This document shows, in pieces, positions 17,689 to 27,449 of a stretch of 27,449 nt of DNA. The number at the start of each line of letters is the position of its first letter. Position 1 is the first letter of the stretch. Both the position numbers and the translations under genes were made by a program. Under the pieces are notes generated by a model. It made no database searches, was not told the origin of the DNA, and saw nothing but the letters and a program-made list of their open reading frames with translations. The stretch comes from a bacterium (lineage in GTDB: Bacteria; Sysuimicrobiota; Sysuimicrobiia; Sysuimicrobiales; Humicultoraceae). The stretch lies in contig JBGQGY010000034.1 in NCBI GenBank assembly GCA_041497675.1, forward strand, positions 1 to 27,449, written 5' to 3'.

Positions 17689-18896
17689 GCCTGACCGTCA
17701 GTATCCGTATTGCGCTGCGCGCGCTGTCGGCCAACCGGCTGCGATCGCTGCTGACCATGCTCGGCGTCATCATCGGCGTCGGCGCGGTGGTGGCCATGGT
17801 CGCGATCGGTCAGGGCGCCCGCGCGGCGGTGAACCAGCAGGTCCAGGCGCTGGGTAGTAATTTGCTGACGGTCTTCGCGGGGCAGGCGCAGCAGTACGGC
17901 ATTGCCGCCACCGGACCCGTGCAGACCCTGACGTATGACGATGCCCAGGCGATCCTTCACGACGTCCAGGGCGTCACCGGGGTCAGCGCCGAGTTCAGCC
18001 GTCAGGTGCAGGTCGTCTACCGAGGCCAGAACACGTCCACGCAGGTCTCCGGGGTGACACCCGCGTTTCCCGACGTCCGGAACTTTCATCCGGCCACGGG
18101 GGAGTTCTTCACCGATGCCGACCTGACCCGGCGCGCCAAAGTCGCGCTAGTCGGCAAAACGGTGGCCACCAAGTTGTTCGGGGAGGGGAACCCCGTCGGC
18201 GAGCCGATCAGGATCCAGGGGGTCACGTTCACGGTCGTCGGCGTGATGGAGGAGAAAGGCGCGACGGGGTTCACGGATCGCGACGATGTGGTCTTCGTGC
18301 CCCTGACGACTGCGCAGCACCGGCTCTTTGGGGTGACCTACGTGCGGTCGATATACGTACAGGCGGCAACGGCTGAAGAGATGCCCGATGTGGAGAACGG
18401 ATTGAGCGCCGTCCTACACACGCGGCACCGGCTGCCCGCCAACCGCGACAACGACTTCACCGTCCGCAGCCAGGCCGACATCCTGCAGGCGCTCGGCGGC
18501 GTGTCGCAGACGATGACGATGCTGCTGGGCGGCGTGGCGGCCGTGTCGCTCCTCGTGGGCGGCATCGGCATCATGAACATCATGCTCGTGTCGGTCATCG
18601 AGCGGACGCGCGAGATCGGCATCCGGATGGCGGTCGGCGCGCGGCGCCGCGACATCCTCTCGCAGTTCTTGGTCGAATCGGTGGCGCTGGGTGTCACGGG
18701 CGGTTTGATCGGTATCGGTATGGGGATCGCCGGCTCGAAGCTGATCACACAGCTGGCCGGGTGGTCGACGCTCATCTCGATCCAGGCGGTGGTGCTGGCC
18801 TTCACCTTCGCGGTCGCGGTGGGCATCTTCTTTGGACTGTACCCGGCGCGGCGCGCGGCGCAGCTCGATCCGATCGACGCGCTGCGTCACGAGTAG
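17685..18896 (+). CDS. ABC transporter permease, MacB/FtsX type
   Basis: RSLLTMLGVIIGV, large periplasmic domain, GGIGIMNIMLVSVIERTREIGIR and PIDALRHE. Confidence 0.97.
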   Translation: MSLTVSIRIALRALSANRLRSLLTMLGVIIGVGAVVAMVAIGQGARAAVNQQVQALGSNLLTVFAGQAQQYGIAATGPVQTLTYDDAQAILHDVQGVTGVSAEFSRQVQVVYRGQNTSTQVSGVTPAFPDVRNFHPATGEFFTDADLTRRAKVALVGKTVATKLFGEGNPVGEPIRIQGVTFTVVGVMEEKGATGFTDRDDVVFVPLTTAQHRLFGVTYVRSIYVQAATAEEMPDVENGLSAVLHTRHRLPANRDNDFTVRSQADILQALGGVSQTMTMLLGGVAAVSLLVGGIGIMNIMLVSVIERTREIGIRMAVGARRRDILSQFLVESVALGVTGGLIGIGMGIAGSKLITQLAGWSTLISIQAVVLAFTFAVAVGIFFGLYPARRAAQLDPIDALRHE

Positions 18897-18906
18897 AGGG
18901 AGCGCG

Positions 18907-20196
18907 ATGAAGACGAGAGTGCTCACACACCTATTCGTATGGATGACCATGGTCGCGCTCACCGGTCCGCTGGTGCGGCCGGCGGCGGCCCAAGAGGCCC
19001 CGCGCGTCCTCACACTCGCCGCCCTGGTGGCGACGGCCGATGAGCGCAATCCGACCGTGACGGCCGCGCGGCGCGGCGTCGAGGCGGCGGACGCCGCGGT
19101 GCGCCTGGCCAAAGCGGGTCTCGCGATCACGGTATCGGCCCAAGGCAGCGCAGGCATCGTCGGCGGCACCACGACGTCCTCGTCGTCGCTGTCGAGTTCG
19201 GCGGGGGTGAGTGCCTCCTATACGCTCTACGACAGCGGCCAAACGGCCGCCTCGGTGCGGCAGGCGGAGTCGAACCTACGATCCGCGCAGGCCACACTGA
19301 ATCAGGTGCGGCAGGACACGGCGGTCGCCGCGGCCCAGGCGTACGTCACGTTGCTCCGGGCCCAGCGCGCCGTCGACCAGAACCAGCAGGTCGTCGCGCA
19401 AAACCAGGGGCTCCTGCGCCTCGCCGAGGCGCAGTTCCAGGCCGGTGTGGTCGCGCGCGCGGACGTGGTGCGGGCGCAGGCGAACCTGGCCGCCGCCGAG
19501 GGGGATCTGATCGTGGCTCGCAACGGCGTGGATCAGACCACGGCGGGGCTCAACACCGCCATCGGCCAGGGGCCCACGGTCGCGATCACCGCGGCATCGG
19601 CGCCGGCCGTCCCACAGGCGACGGTGCCGCAGGCCGATCTGGCGCGTCTGGTGGAAGAGCGGCCGGAGGTGCGGAAGGCCCTGGCCGATATCGACGCGGC
19701 GACCGCCGCCGTGGCGGTGGCCCAGGCCAACGCCGGGTTGCAGCTCTCCCTCACCAGTGGGGTGACGCAGGGGCTCACACCCACGGGGCAGACCGTCTAC
19801 AGCATTGGGACGACCGTGAGCTTTCCTCTCGTTGATGGTGGACGCTCGTCGGCGCAGGTCGCGCAGGCCCAGGCCAGCCTGGCGGTGGCCAAGGCGCGCA
19901 TCGAGAACACGCGTTTGACGCTGCAGCTGCAGGCCGTGACCGCGCTGTCGAGCATCGTCAGCGCCCGCGCGCGGATCGCCAGCGCGCAGGCGGGTCTGGC
20001 CTTCGCGCAGGAAGCGCTGCGGCTGTCGCAGGGTCGCTACGCGGCCGGCGCGGCCACCATCCTCGAGGTGATCGACGCGCAGACGGCGCTCGTGCAGGCG
20101 CAGGTCACCCTCGACAACGCGCAATTTGACGAACTGGCGGGAGTCGTTTCGCTACGGTACGCCCTGGGACGCTCTGTCGTCGACGGGGCAATCTGA
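18907..20196 (+). CDS. TolC-family outer membrane efflux protein
   Basis: Signal peptide ending AAA-QE; two OEP repeats (YTLYDSG and FPLVDGG; QFQAGVVARADV and RYAAGAATILEV); GAGGGAG RBS before ATG 18907. Confidence 0.9.
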   Translation: MKTRVLTHLFVWMTMVALTGPLVRPAAAQEAPRVLTLAALVATADERNPTVTAARRGVEAADAAVRLAKAGLAITVSAQGSAGIVGGTTTSSSSLSSSAGVSASYTLYDSGQTAASVRQAESNLRSAQATLNQVRQDTAVAAAQAYVTLLRAQRAVDQNQQVVAQNQGLLRLAEAQFQAGVVARADVVRAQANLAAAEGDLIVARNGVDQTTAGLNTAIGQGPTVAITAASAPAVPQATVPQADLARLVEERPEVRKALADIDAATAAVAVAQANAGLQLSLTSGVTQGLTPTGQTVYSIGTTVSFPLVDGGRSSAQVAQAQASLAVAKARIENTRLTLQLQAVTALSSIVSARARIASAQAGLAFAQEALRLSQGRYAAGAATILEVIDAQTALVQAQVTLDNAQFDELAGVVSLRYALGRSVVDGAI

Positions 20197-20222
20197 CCGG
20201 AGGTGTGGATGAACACTCGTGG

Positions 20223-20855
20223 CTACTCCACGCGCGAGTAGGCGCGGCCCACCATCCTCATGGCCGGCAGGATGAGGAGCGGGCTGATGGAGGCCACGAT
20301 TGGGTTGGCGAACGATATGGCAATCGAGAGCAAGAACACCGCCGGAGTCACCAACCCACGAACCCCCAAGTACCGGGCCATCTGCGGGGTGAGACTCTCG
20401 CTCGTCAGCCCGCGGCTCAGGGCGTGCCTCCAGAGCCAGAACAGGCTCAATCCGATCATCACGATGTTGAGGCTGTAGATGATCCACGCCAACTGTAAGT
20501 CGGCACGGCTTGCGCCGAAGCGGCCGACCAGGGTGGTGGGGAAGGGCACGAGGGCAATGAGCGAGAGAAATAGGAGGTTGAGCCACAGCAGCCCTTGGTT
20601 GTAGCGCACGATGTGTCGCACGGTTTGGTGATGCGAGATCCAGAAGGCCCCCACAACGGCAAAGGTCACCGCGTAGCCCCAGAACTTGGGCCACACATGG
20701 ACTAATGCCTGAGCGAGTGGCACCCTCTCGGCAGACTCGGGCAGCCGGAGCTCCAGCGCGAGTAGGGTGAGGGCCACCCCAAATACGGCATCGCTCAACG
20801 CGCCCAGGCGAGACATGTCCTTGCCCGCGTCCCGAAACGCGCTCCTGGCGTCCAT
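20223..20855 (-). CDS. TMEM175-family potassium channel
   Basis: RLGALSDAVFGVALTLLALEL matches the RxxxFSD...TLL TM1 motif; FWISHH; WLNLLFL...PFPT; ~6 TM. Start 20855 follows a GAGGGG RBS (20882 is an alternative). Confidence 0.9.
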   Translation of the reverse strand: MDARSAFRDAGKDMSRLGALSDAVFGVALTLLALELRLPESAERVPLAQALVHVWPKFWGYAVTFAVVGAFWISHHQTVRHIVRYNQGLLWLNLLFLSLIALVPFPTTLVGRFGASRADLQLAWIIYSLNIVMIGLSLFWLWRHALSRGLTSESLTPQMARYLGVRGLVTPAVFLLSIAISFANPIVASISPLLILPAMRMVGRAYSRVE

Positions 20856-20902
20856 AGAGTGCCCCCTCATATGATCTTCCATCTGTAGGCCCGATCTCCC
20901 CG

Positions 20903-20911
20903 TGTTATAAT
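20903..20911 (+). promoter_or_regulatory. Extended -10 promoter (TGnTATAAT) for the ABC exporter pair
   Basis: TGTTATAAT in an AT-rich patch, ending 15 nt before ATG 20927. Confidence 0.6.
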
Positions 20912-20926
20912 TTTGATTTACTGGTC

Positions 20927-22711
20927 ATGAGTCGGCGTTTGCGTGTCTACATCCTCCGGCACCGCCGCGCGTACCTGGTCGGACTCGCCCTCAGCCTGAT
21001 TGGCACGGGCCTTTCCGTGCTCAATCCCTGGGTGCTCCGCCAAGCGATCGACGGCATCCGTGCGGGAGCCGCCCCCCAGTTGCTGGGCCGCCTGGCCGTG
21101 CTGTACGTCGTCGTGGCCGTGACCGGCGGCGTCGTGCGGTTCAACTGGCGCATGCGCATGCTGGGCGCGGGACGGCGCATCGAGTACGAGATCCGCAACG
21201 ACTACTTTGCGCAGCTGCAGCGGCTGCACCAGGGCTTCTTCCAGCACACGCGGACCGGCGACCTCATGGCCCGCGCGATCAATGATCTGAACGCGGTCAC
21301 CCGTCTGGTCACGGCGGGGCTCATGCATTCGTCCAACACGGTCGTGATGTTCGTGGCGGCCAGCGTGCTGATGTTTACGATCGACGCGCCGCTGGCGTTG
21401 CTCGTGATGGTCATGCTGCCGATGGTCAGCGTCGTGTTTGTGATCCTCGGCCGGCGCATCCACCGGGAGTTCCAGCAGGTGCAGGAGCAGTTCAGCACGC
21501 TGTCGGCCCGCGCGCAGGAGAACTTCTCGGGCATCAGGGTGGTCAAGGCGTTCGCTCAGGAACAGGCGGAGATCGAGGCGTTTGGCGACATCAACCGCGA
21601 GTACGTGCGGCGGGCCGTGAAGCTCGCCCGGACGTCGGGGGCGCTGTGGCCGGCGATGACCCTCATCCTCGGCTCGGCGTCCGCGCTCGTGTTGTGGCAA
21701 GGTGGTCTGGCCGCGATGTCGGGCCGGATGACGCTGGGCCAGCTCGTGCAGTTCTTCGGCTATCTGATGATGCTCTCGTGGCCGATGATCGCGCTCGGCT
21801 GGACCACCAACCTGATCCAGCAGGGGATGGCGTCCATGCGCCGGCTCGATGATATCTTCGAGACGCGCCCGGCGATCGCCGAATCGCCCTCACCCGCCGC
21901 GCTCGACCGGGTGCGCGGTGAGATCGAGTTTCGCCACGTCTCGTTCGCCTACGATAAGCAACCGGTGCTGCACGACATCACGCTGACGATCCCGGCCGGC
22001 GCCACGGTGGCGATCGTCGGCCCCACGGGGTCAGGCAAAACGACGCTCGTGTCGCTGATCCCGAGGCTGATCGATCCGACGGAGGGCGCCGTGCTGATCG
22101 ACGGCGTCGACGCGCGGGACCTGAGCCTCTCGACGCTGCGGGGCGCGATCGGGTTCGTGCCGCAGGAGCCGTTTCTGTTCTCCGCCTCGCTCGAAGAGAA
22201 CCTGGCTTTCGGCGACGGCGAGACGGGCGGCGGCAACGGGCAGCGCGTGCGCGACGCGGCGCAGATCGCCCAGATCGCCCGCGATCTCGAGGACTTCCCC
22301 CTCGGCTATCAGACCGTTGTCGGCGAGCGCGGCGTGACGCTGTCGGGCGGGCAGAAACAGCGCGCCACGATCGCGCGGGCGCTCGCGCGCGACCCGGCGA
22401 TCTTGATTCTCGACGACGCGCTGAGCAGCGTCGACACGAGCACCGAAGAAGAGATCCTGCAGGGGCTGCGGCGCTTTATGCAGTCGCGCACCAGCATCCT
22501 GATCTCGCACCGCATCTCAACCGTGCGGCACGCCGACCTGATCGTGGTCCTCGGCGCCGGCCGGATCGTCGAGCAGGGGACGCACGACGAGCTGCTGGCC
22601 CGCGGTGGTCTGTATGCGGACCTTTACCAGAAACAGCTCCTGCGCGACGCGCTCGACGCCGACGAGGCCGCGCCGGGCGCGGGCGCGCCGGGCGAGTTGA
22701 CGCCATCATGA
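20927..22711 (+). CDS. ABC exporter half-transporter (TMD-NBD), degenerate Walker B subunit
   Basis: GPTGSGKT, LSGGQKQR, ILILDDALSSVD (Asp replaces the catalytic Glu) and ISHR. Confidence 0.96.
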   Translation: MSRRLRVYILRHRRAYLVGLALSLIGTGLSVLNPWVLRQAIDGIRAGAAPQLLGRLAVLYVVVAVTGGVVRFNWRMRMLGAGRRIEYEIRNDYFAQLQRLHQGFFQHTRTGDLMARAINDLNAVTRLVTAGLMHSSNTVVMFVAASVLMFTIDAPLALLVMVMLPMVSVVFVILGRRIHREFQQVQEQFSTLSARAQENFSGIRVVKAFAQEQAEIEAFGDINREYVRRAVKLARTSGALWPAMTLILGSASALVLWQGGLAAMSGRMTLGQLVQFFGYLMMLSWPMIALGWTTNLIQQGMASMRRLDDIFETRPAIAESPSPAALDRVRGEIEFRHVSFAYDKQPVLHDITLTIPAGATVAIVGPTGSGKTTLVSLIPRLIDPTEGAVLIDGVDARDLSLSTLRGAIGFVPQEPFLFSASLEENLAFGDGETGGGNGQRVRDAAQIAQIARDLEDFPLGYQTVVGERGVTLSGGQKQRATIARALARDPAILILDDALSSVDTSTEEEILQGLRRFMQSRTSILISHRISTVRHADLIVVLGAGRIVEQGTHDELLARGGLYADLYQKQLLRDALDADEAAPGAGAPGELTPS

Positions 22712-24549
22712 GCTTGACCTTCCAAGAGGATGACATTCTCGGCGCCGCGTACGACTCGCGGCTCATGCGCCGGCTGCTGCGGTACGTGCGGCCGTACCGA
22801 TCTGCGGTTGTCGGCGCGATCGTGCTGTTGCTCCTTACGTCGCTCGCGAGCCTGGTTGGGCCGTATCTTGTGCGGATTGCGATTGACGAGCACATTGCGC
22901 CGAAGCGGTTGGAAGGCCTGGATCTCGTGGTCCTGGCGTACCTGGCGGCGCTCCTCGCCCAGTTCGGGCTGCGCTACGCGGTGTCGTACGTGATGCAGCG
23001 GGTCGGCCAGCAGGCGATGTATGACCTGCGCATGGAGTTGTTCGCGCACCTGCAGCGTCTGTCGATCTCGTTCTTTACGCGCCAGCCGGTCGGGCGCCTC
23101 GTCACGCGCATCAGCAACGACATCGACGCGCTGAACGAGGTGATCACGCAGGGTGTGGTGGCCGTGTTTGGCGACCTGGTGACCCTGGTCGGCATCGTCG
23201 CCATCATGGTCTGGCTCGACTGGCGCCTCGCGATTGCCACCCTCGTTGTGCTCCCAGCGATCATCTACTTCACCGCCCGCTTTCGCGTGCAGGCGCGTGA
23301 CTCGTACCGCGCGGTGCGCGTCCGGTTGGCCCGCATCAATGCCTTCCTCAACGAGCACATCATGGGGATGACGATCGTCCAGTTGTTCGGCCGCGAGCGC
23401 CGCGAGCACCATCGCTTCGACACGCTCAACAGCGACCATTTCGTGGCCAACATGGCCGCGCTGCGCTCGTTTGCGATGTTTCATCCGACCGTCGGCGCGA
23501 TGAGCGCCGTCGCGGTGGCGGTCATTATCGCCTATGGCGGCCGGCAGGCGCTGGCGGGCGCCGTCAGCGTCGGGTTGGTCGTCGCGTTCATCCAGTACGC
23601 GCAGCGTTTCTTCGATCCGATCGAGGACCTGGCCGAGAAGTACAACATCCTGCAGGCGGCGATGGCGTCGTCCGAGCGCATCTTCCGCCTGCTCGACGAG
23701 CCGATCGAGGTCGCCGATCCTCCGGGGCCGGTGCGCGCGCAATCCATCCGCGGTGAGATCGAGTTCCGCGACGTCTGGTTCGCCTACGAGGGCGAAGACT
23801 GGGTCTTGAAGGGCGTCTCCTTCAAGATCCAGCCCGGCGAGCGCGTGGCGTTGGTGGGTCACACCGGCGCGGGCAAGTCGTCCATTATCAACCTAATCAC
23901 CAGGTTCTACGATGTCCAGCGCGGTCAGGTGTTGGTCGATGGAATCGACGTCCGGCAGTGGGACCAGCGCGAGCTCCGCCGGCACATCGGCCTGGTGCTG
24001 CAGGACGTCTTCCTGTTCTCCGGCACCATCGAGGACAATATCCGGTTGGGCACGAAGTCGATTACGCTCGAGCAGGTCCGCCGGGCCGCGGAATTTGTCA
24101 ACGCGTCGGCCTTCATCACCAAACTCCCCGGCGGCTACCAGGCCGAGGTGCACGAGCGCGGGGCGACGCTCTCGGTGGGGCAGAAGCAGTTGATCGCGTT
24201 CGCCCGGGCCATCGCGCACAACCCCGAGGTACTGCTCGTGCTCGACGAAGCGACCAGCAGCGTCGACACCGAGACCGAGATCGTGATCCAGGAGGCATTG
24301 CGGCGCGTGATGCACAACCGGACGTCGATCATCATCGCGCACCGGCTCTCGACGATCCAGCACGTCGACCGGATTCTCGTGATCCACCGGGGCCGCCTGA
24401 CCGAAGAGGGCTCGCACCGCGACCTGCTGGTGCGCGGCGGCATCTACACCAAGCTGTATCATTTGCAGTATCGCGATCAGGAGCTGCGACCAGCGGGGCG
24501 GGCGGTCGCGGCGGGCGAAGGGGGAGGTCCAGGGGATGGCGCGGCGTGA
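22708..24549 (+). CDS. ABC exporter half-transporter (TMD-NBD), partner subunit
   Basis: GHTGAGKS, degenerate signature LSVGQKQL, LVLDEATSSVD and IAHR; ATGA overlap with the upstream gene. Confidence 0.96.
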   Translation: MSLTFQEDDILGAAYDSRLMRRLLRYVRPYRSAVVGAIVLLLLTSLASLVGPYLVRIAIDEHIAPKRLEGLDLVVLAYLAALLAQFGLRYAVSYVMQRVGQQAMYDLRMELFAHLQRLSISFFTRQPVGRLVTRISNDIDALNEVITQGVVAVFGDLVTLVGIVAIMVWLDWRLAIATLVVLPAIIYFTARFRVQARDSYRAVRVRLARINAFLNEHIMGMTIVQLFGRERREHHRFDTLNSDHFVANMAALRSFAMFHPTVGAMSAVAVAVIIAYGGRQALAGAVSVGLVVAFIQYAQRFFDPIEDLAEKYNILQAAMASSERIFRLLDEPIEVADPPGPVRAQSIRGEIEFRDVWFAYEGEDWVLKGVSFKIQPGERVALVGHTGAGKSSIINLITRFYDVQRGQVLVDGIDVRQWDQRELRRHIGLVLQDVFLFSGTIEDNIRLGTKSITLEQVRRAAEFVNASAFITKLPGGYQAEVHERGATLSVGQKQLIAFARAIAHNPEVLLVLDEATSSVDTETEIVIQEALRRVMHNRTSIIIAHRLSTIQHVDRILVIHRGRLTEEGSHRDLLVRGGIYTKLYHLQYRDQELRPAGRAVAAGEGGGPGDGAA

Positions 24550-24889
24550 GACCGGTGATCCACTGCTGAAGCAACTGCGCGAGACGGCCATCGCGGCGCT
24601 GGAAGATCGCCGCGGGCTCGTGATCTACTCGAAGATGGAAGCCCAGGAGATGGACCGCATCGCGCGAAAGGTCGAGCGCGATCTGCTCGATAAGATCAGG
24701 GCGTCGCTGCCGCTGGCATCGGGGCTGCCCGAGATTATCGGCGTCCGTACGCGGCTCGAGCGTATGGACGAGCAACTGGGCGAGCTCGACAAGCGTGAAG
24801 ATGTCCCCGAAGTGTCTCGACAGCTCGAGAAGGACGACATCATGTGGAAGACGTTTGAGGAGGTTATCTCGCTGCTGGGGATCGAGTAG
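24536..24889 (+). CDS. Hypothetical charged helical protein (117 aa)
   Basis: GGAGG RBS, 14-nt overlap with the ABC gene, GC-rich third positions. Confidence 0.8.
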   Translation: MARRETGDPLLKQLRETAIAALEDRRGLVIYSKMEAQEMDRIARKVERDLLDKIRASLPLASGLPEIIGVRTRLERMDEQLGELDKREDVPEVSRQLEKDDIMWKTFEEVISLLGIE

Positions 24890-24899
24890 TGTCTGCGTG

Positions 24900-25274
24900 C
24901 TACTTCTTGCGCCGGCCGCCTCGCTTGGCTTCGGTGTTGCGCTTCAAGTCGAGCAGCCGCTCTTCACTTTCCTTCAGGAACTGCTTGAGTTTGTCTTCAA
25001 ACGTGGTGCGCGGTCGGCCCCGCTGCTGTCGTTCCTCGGGGGGTAGCGCCTGCTTGACCGAGAGGTCGAGCTTGCCCTTCTCGTTCAGCCCGAGAATCTT
25101 GACTTTGACCTTTTCGTGCTCTTTGAGATAGTCCTTGACGTCCTTGACGTAGGTATCGGCGATCTCGGAGATGTGCACAAGACCGCTCTTTCCTTCGGGG
25201 AGTTCTACGAAGGCGCCGTAGTTGGTGATCTTGACGACCGTTCCTTCGACGATAGTACCCGGCTCTAGATCCAT
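24900..25274 (-). CDS. S1-domain RNA-binding protein (YabR/YugI-like)
   Basis: GTVVKITNYGAFVEL, GLVHISEIA, KLDLSVKQ, FEDKLKQFLKESEERL and a basic tail. Confidence 0.93.
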   Translation of the reverse strand: MDLEPGTIVEGTVVKITNYGAFVELPEGKSGLVHISEIADTYVKDVKDYLKEHEKVKVKILGLNEKGKLDLSVKQALPPEERQQRGRPRTTFEDKLKQFLKESEERLLDLKRNTEAKRGGRRKK

Positions 25275-25319
25275 ACCTGCACTGGCACGCTCCTTCGGAT
25301 TGGTGCTGGCGTGCGACGA

Positions 25320-25350
25320 ATTATACCACGCGCCGCAGCGGCGGTGTCAA
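25320..25350 (-). promoter_or_regulatory. Sigma70 consensus promoter TTGACA-19 nt-TATAAT with an extended -10 TG
   Basis: Minus strand reads TTGACAccgccgctgcggcgcgtggTATAAT. Confidence 0.8.
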
Positions 25351-25357
25351 TTGGGCC

Positions 25358-25804
25358 CTAAGGGGGCAAACGCCGCCACAGACGCGTCCACCAGGGCTCC
25401 GGGAGGGGTGCGCCGGGTTTCGGCGGTTCCGGCGCGACGCGGCTTCCCGCACCGTTCGTATCCGTCCCAACCGGCGCCGGTGAAGGCGCCACCAGGATAA
25501 CCGCTACTTCACCGGGTTTCACCAACCCCAACTGCTCGCGCGCGATCCGCTCGATGTACTCCGGCGTGTTGAGCAGACGGATCTCCTCGCGCAGTTGGGC
25601 GTTCTGCGTCCGCAGGTCATCGCGTTCACGCGCCAGACGCCCCGCCTCGCGCCGGATCTGGTACGTGTCCCAATAGGCCCCGCCAAAGGTCACGGCGAGC
25701 AGGACCACCACGCCAAGCACCGCCAACGGTAGGATCCACCGCGGCATAGTACGGCGCGAAGTGCCGGGAGGGGCGTAGAGGCGGCGAGCGGCGACGGATG
25801 GCAT
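25358..25804 (-). CDS. ftsB: Septum formation initiator FtsB/DivIC family
   Basis: TM, coiled coil and YIERIAREQLGLVKPGE motif; lies between eno and the S1 protein. Start may be 25747. Confidence 0.88.
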   Translation of the reverse strand: MPSVAARRLYAPPGTSRRTMPRWILPLAVLGVVVLLAVTFGGAYWDTYQIRREAGRLARERDDLRTQNAQLREEIRLLNTPEYIERIAREQLGLVKPGEVAVILVAPSPAPVGTDTNGAGSRVAPEPPKPGAPLPEPWWTRLWRRLPP

Positions 25805-25864
25805 GATGAAGGCTGCGACGAAATACCGTCATGGGCGATTCGAGGCGAGCCGTTGGACTCCTGC

Positions 25865-26383
25865 CTAGCCCGTCGCCCGGCGGAAGCGGAGACGCGCGAG
25901 GAATTTGTCCGCCCCACCCAGCTCCTCATCCAGCTTCCGCGATAGGAAATGTATGCCGATGACGACCGCCAGCACCAGGACGAAGTATGTCGGCGACAGG
26001 CGTTCGAGAAACGGCGTCCCCTTCCGGAAGGGTCCGGTGAAGCTCAACGCGAGTGAGTGCGCGACAAGCCCGCCGGTGACGAGCCGGAACACATACCGCG
26101 CCCTTCGATAGCGTGGAGACTGCTCAACCCGGGCTTCGAGCCGTATCGTCAGGTGGAAGACGATCCAGCACGGGATGATGACCATGAAGATGGGCATGAA
26201 GCCGCCCAACTTCTGTTGGGTGCTGATAAAGGCGACAATGACGGCCGTGGCAAGAGTGAACAGCCCCGCGACCGGAAACATGCACGCGGCGAAGGCCACG
26301 GCAAACGGCGTGGCAAGAATCACAAAGGGGAGCATCACACACCCCATCGCCGCGTTGCCTCCGCCCTCATTCGAACTGCTCAC
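25865..26383 (-). CDS. Hypothetical multi-TM membrane protein (172 aa)
   Basis: GTG 4 nt after the eno stop with GAGG upstream; 4-5 hydrophobic segments. Confidence 0.75.
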   Translation of the reverse strand: MSSSNEGGGNAAMGCVMLPFVILATPFAVAFAACMFPVAGLFTLATAVIVAFISTQQKLGGFMPIFMVIIPCWIVFHLTIRLEARVEQSPRYRRARYVFRLVTGGLVAHSLALSFTGPFRKGTPFLERLSPTYFVLVLAVVIGIHFLSRKLDEELGGADKFLARLRFRRATG

Positions 26384-26387
26384 GACA

Positions 26388-27449
<1,062 letters not shown>

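Overview
GC-rich bacterial chromosome segment, probably from a diderm lineage with Terrabacteria-like gene order (inferred from a TolC-family protein plus divIC-S1 synteny). The left 10.5 kb is a minus-strand potassium-uptake locus: a KimA/YdaO-type APC transporter, two small membrane peptides missed by the ORF track (a 30-aa peptide and KdpF), kdpA, kdpB, an extra 2-TM ORF, kdpC, kdpD and kdpE (truncated by the window edge). The kimA-like gene and the kdp operon sit behind two ungapped copies of the same 72-bp promoter element with phased CTTGAC repeats, and the kimA leader is structured but is not a recognisable c-di-AMP riboswitch. The middle holds a thioredoxin-like gene, a hypothetical gene, an MBL hydrolase and a lone pxpA. 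An OmpR-type two-component system is divergent from a 58-aa secreted acidic peptide and a MacAB-TolC-type exporter, and these two units share a second duplicated promoter architecture. The right part holds a TMEM175-type K+ channel, a heterodimeric ABC exporter, a hypothetical gene, an S1-domain protein, ftsB/divIC, an unknown membrane protein and eno (truncated). I found no mobile elements, CRISPR arrays, tRNA or rRNA genes.
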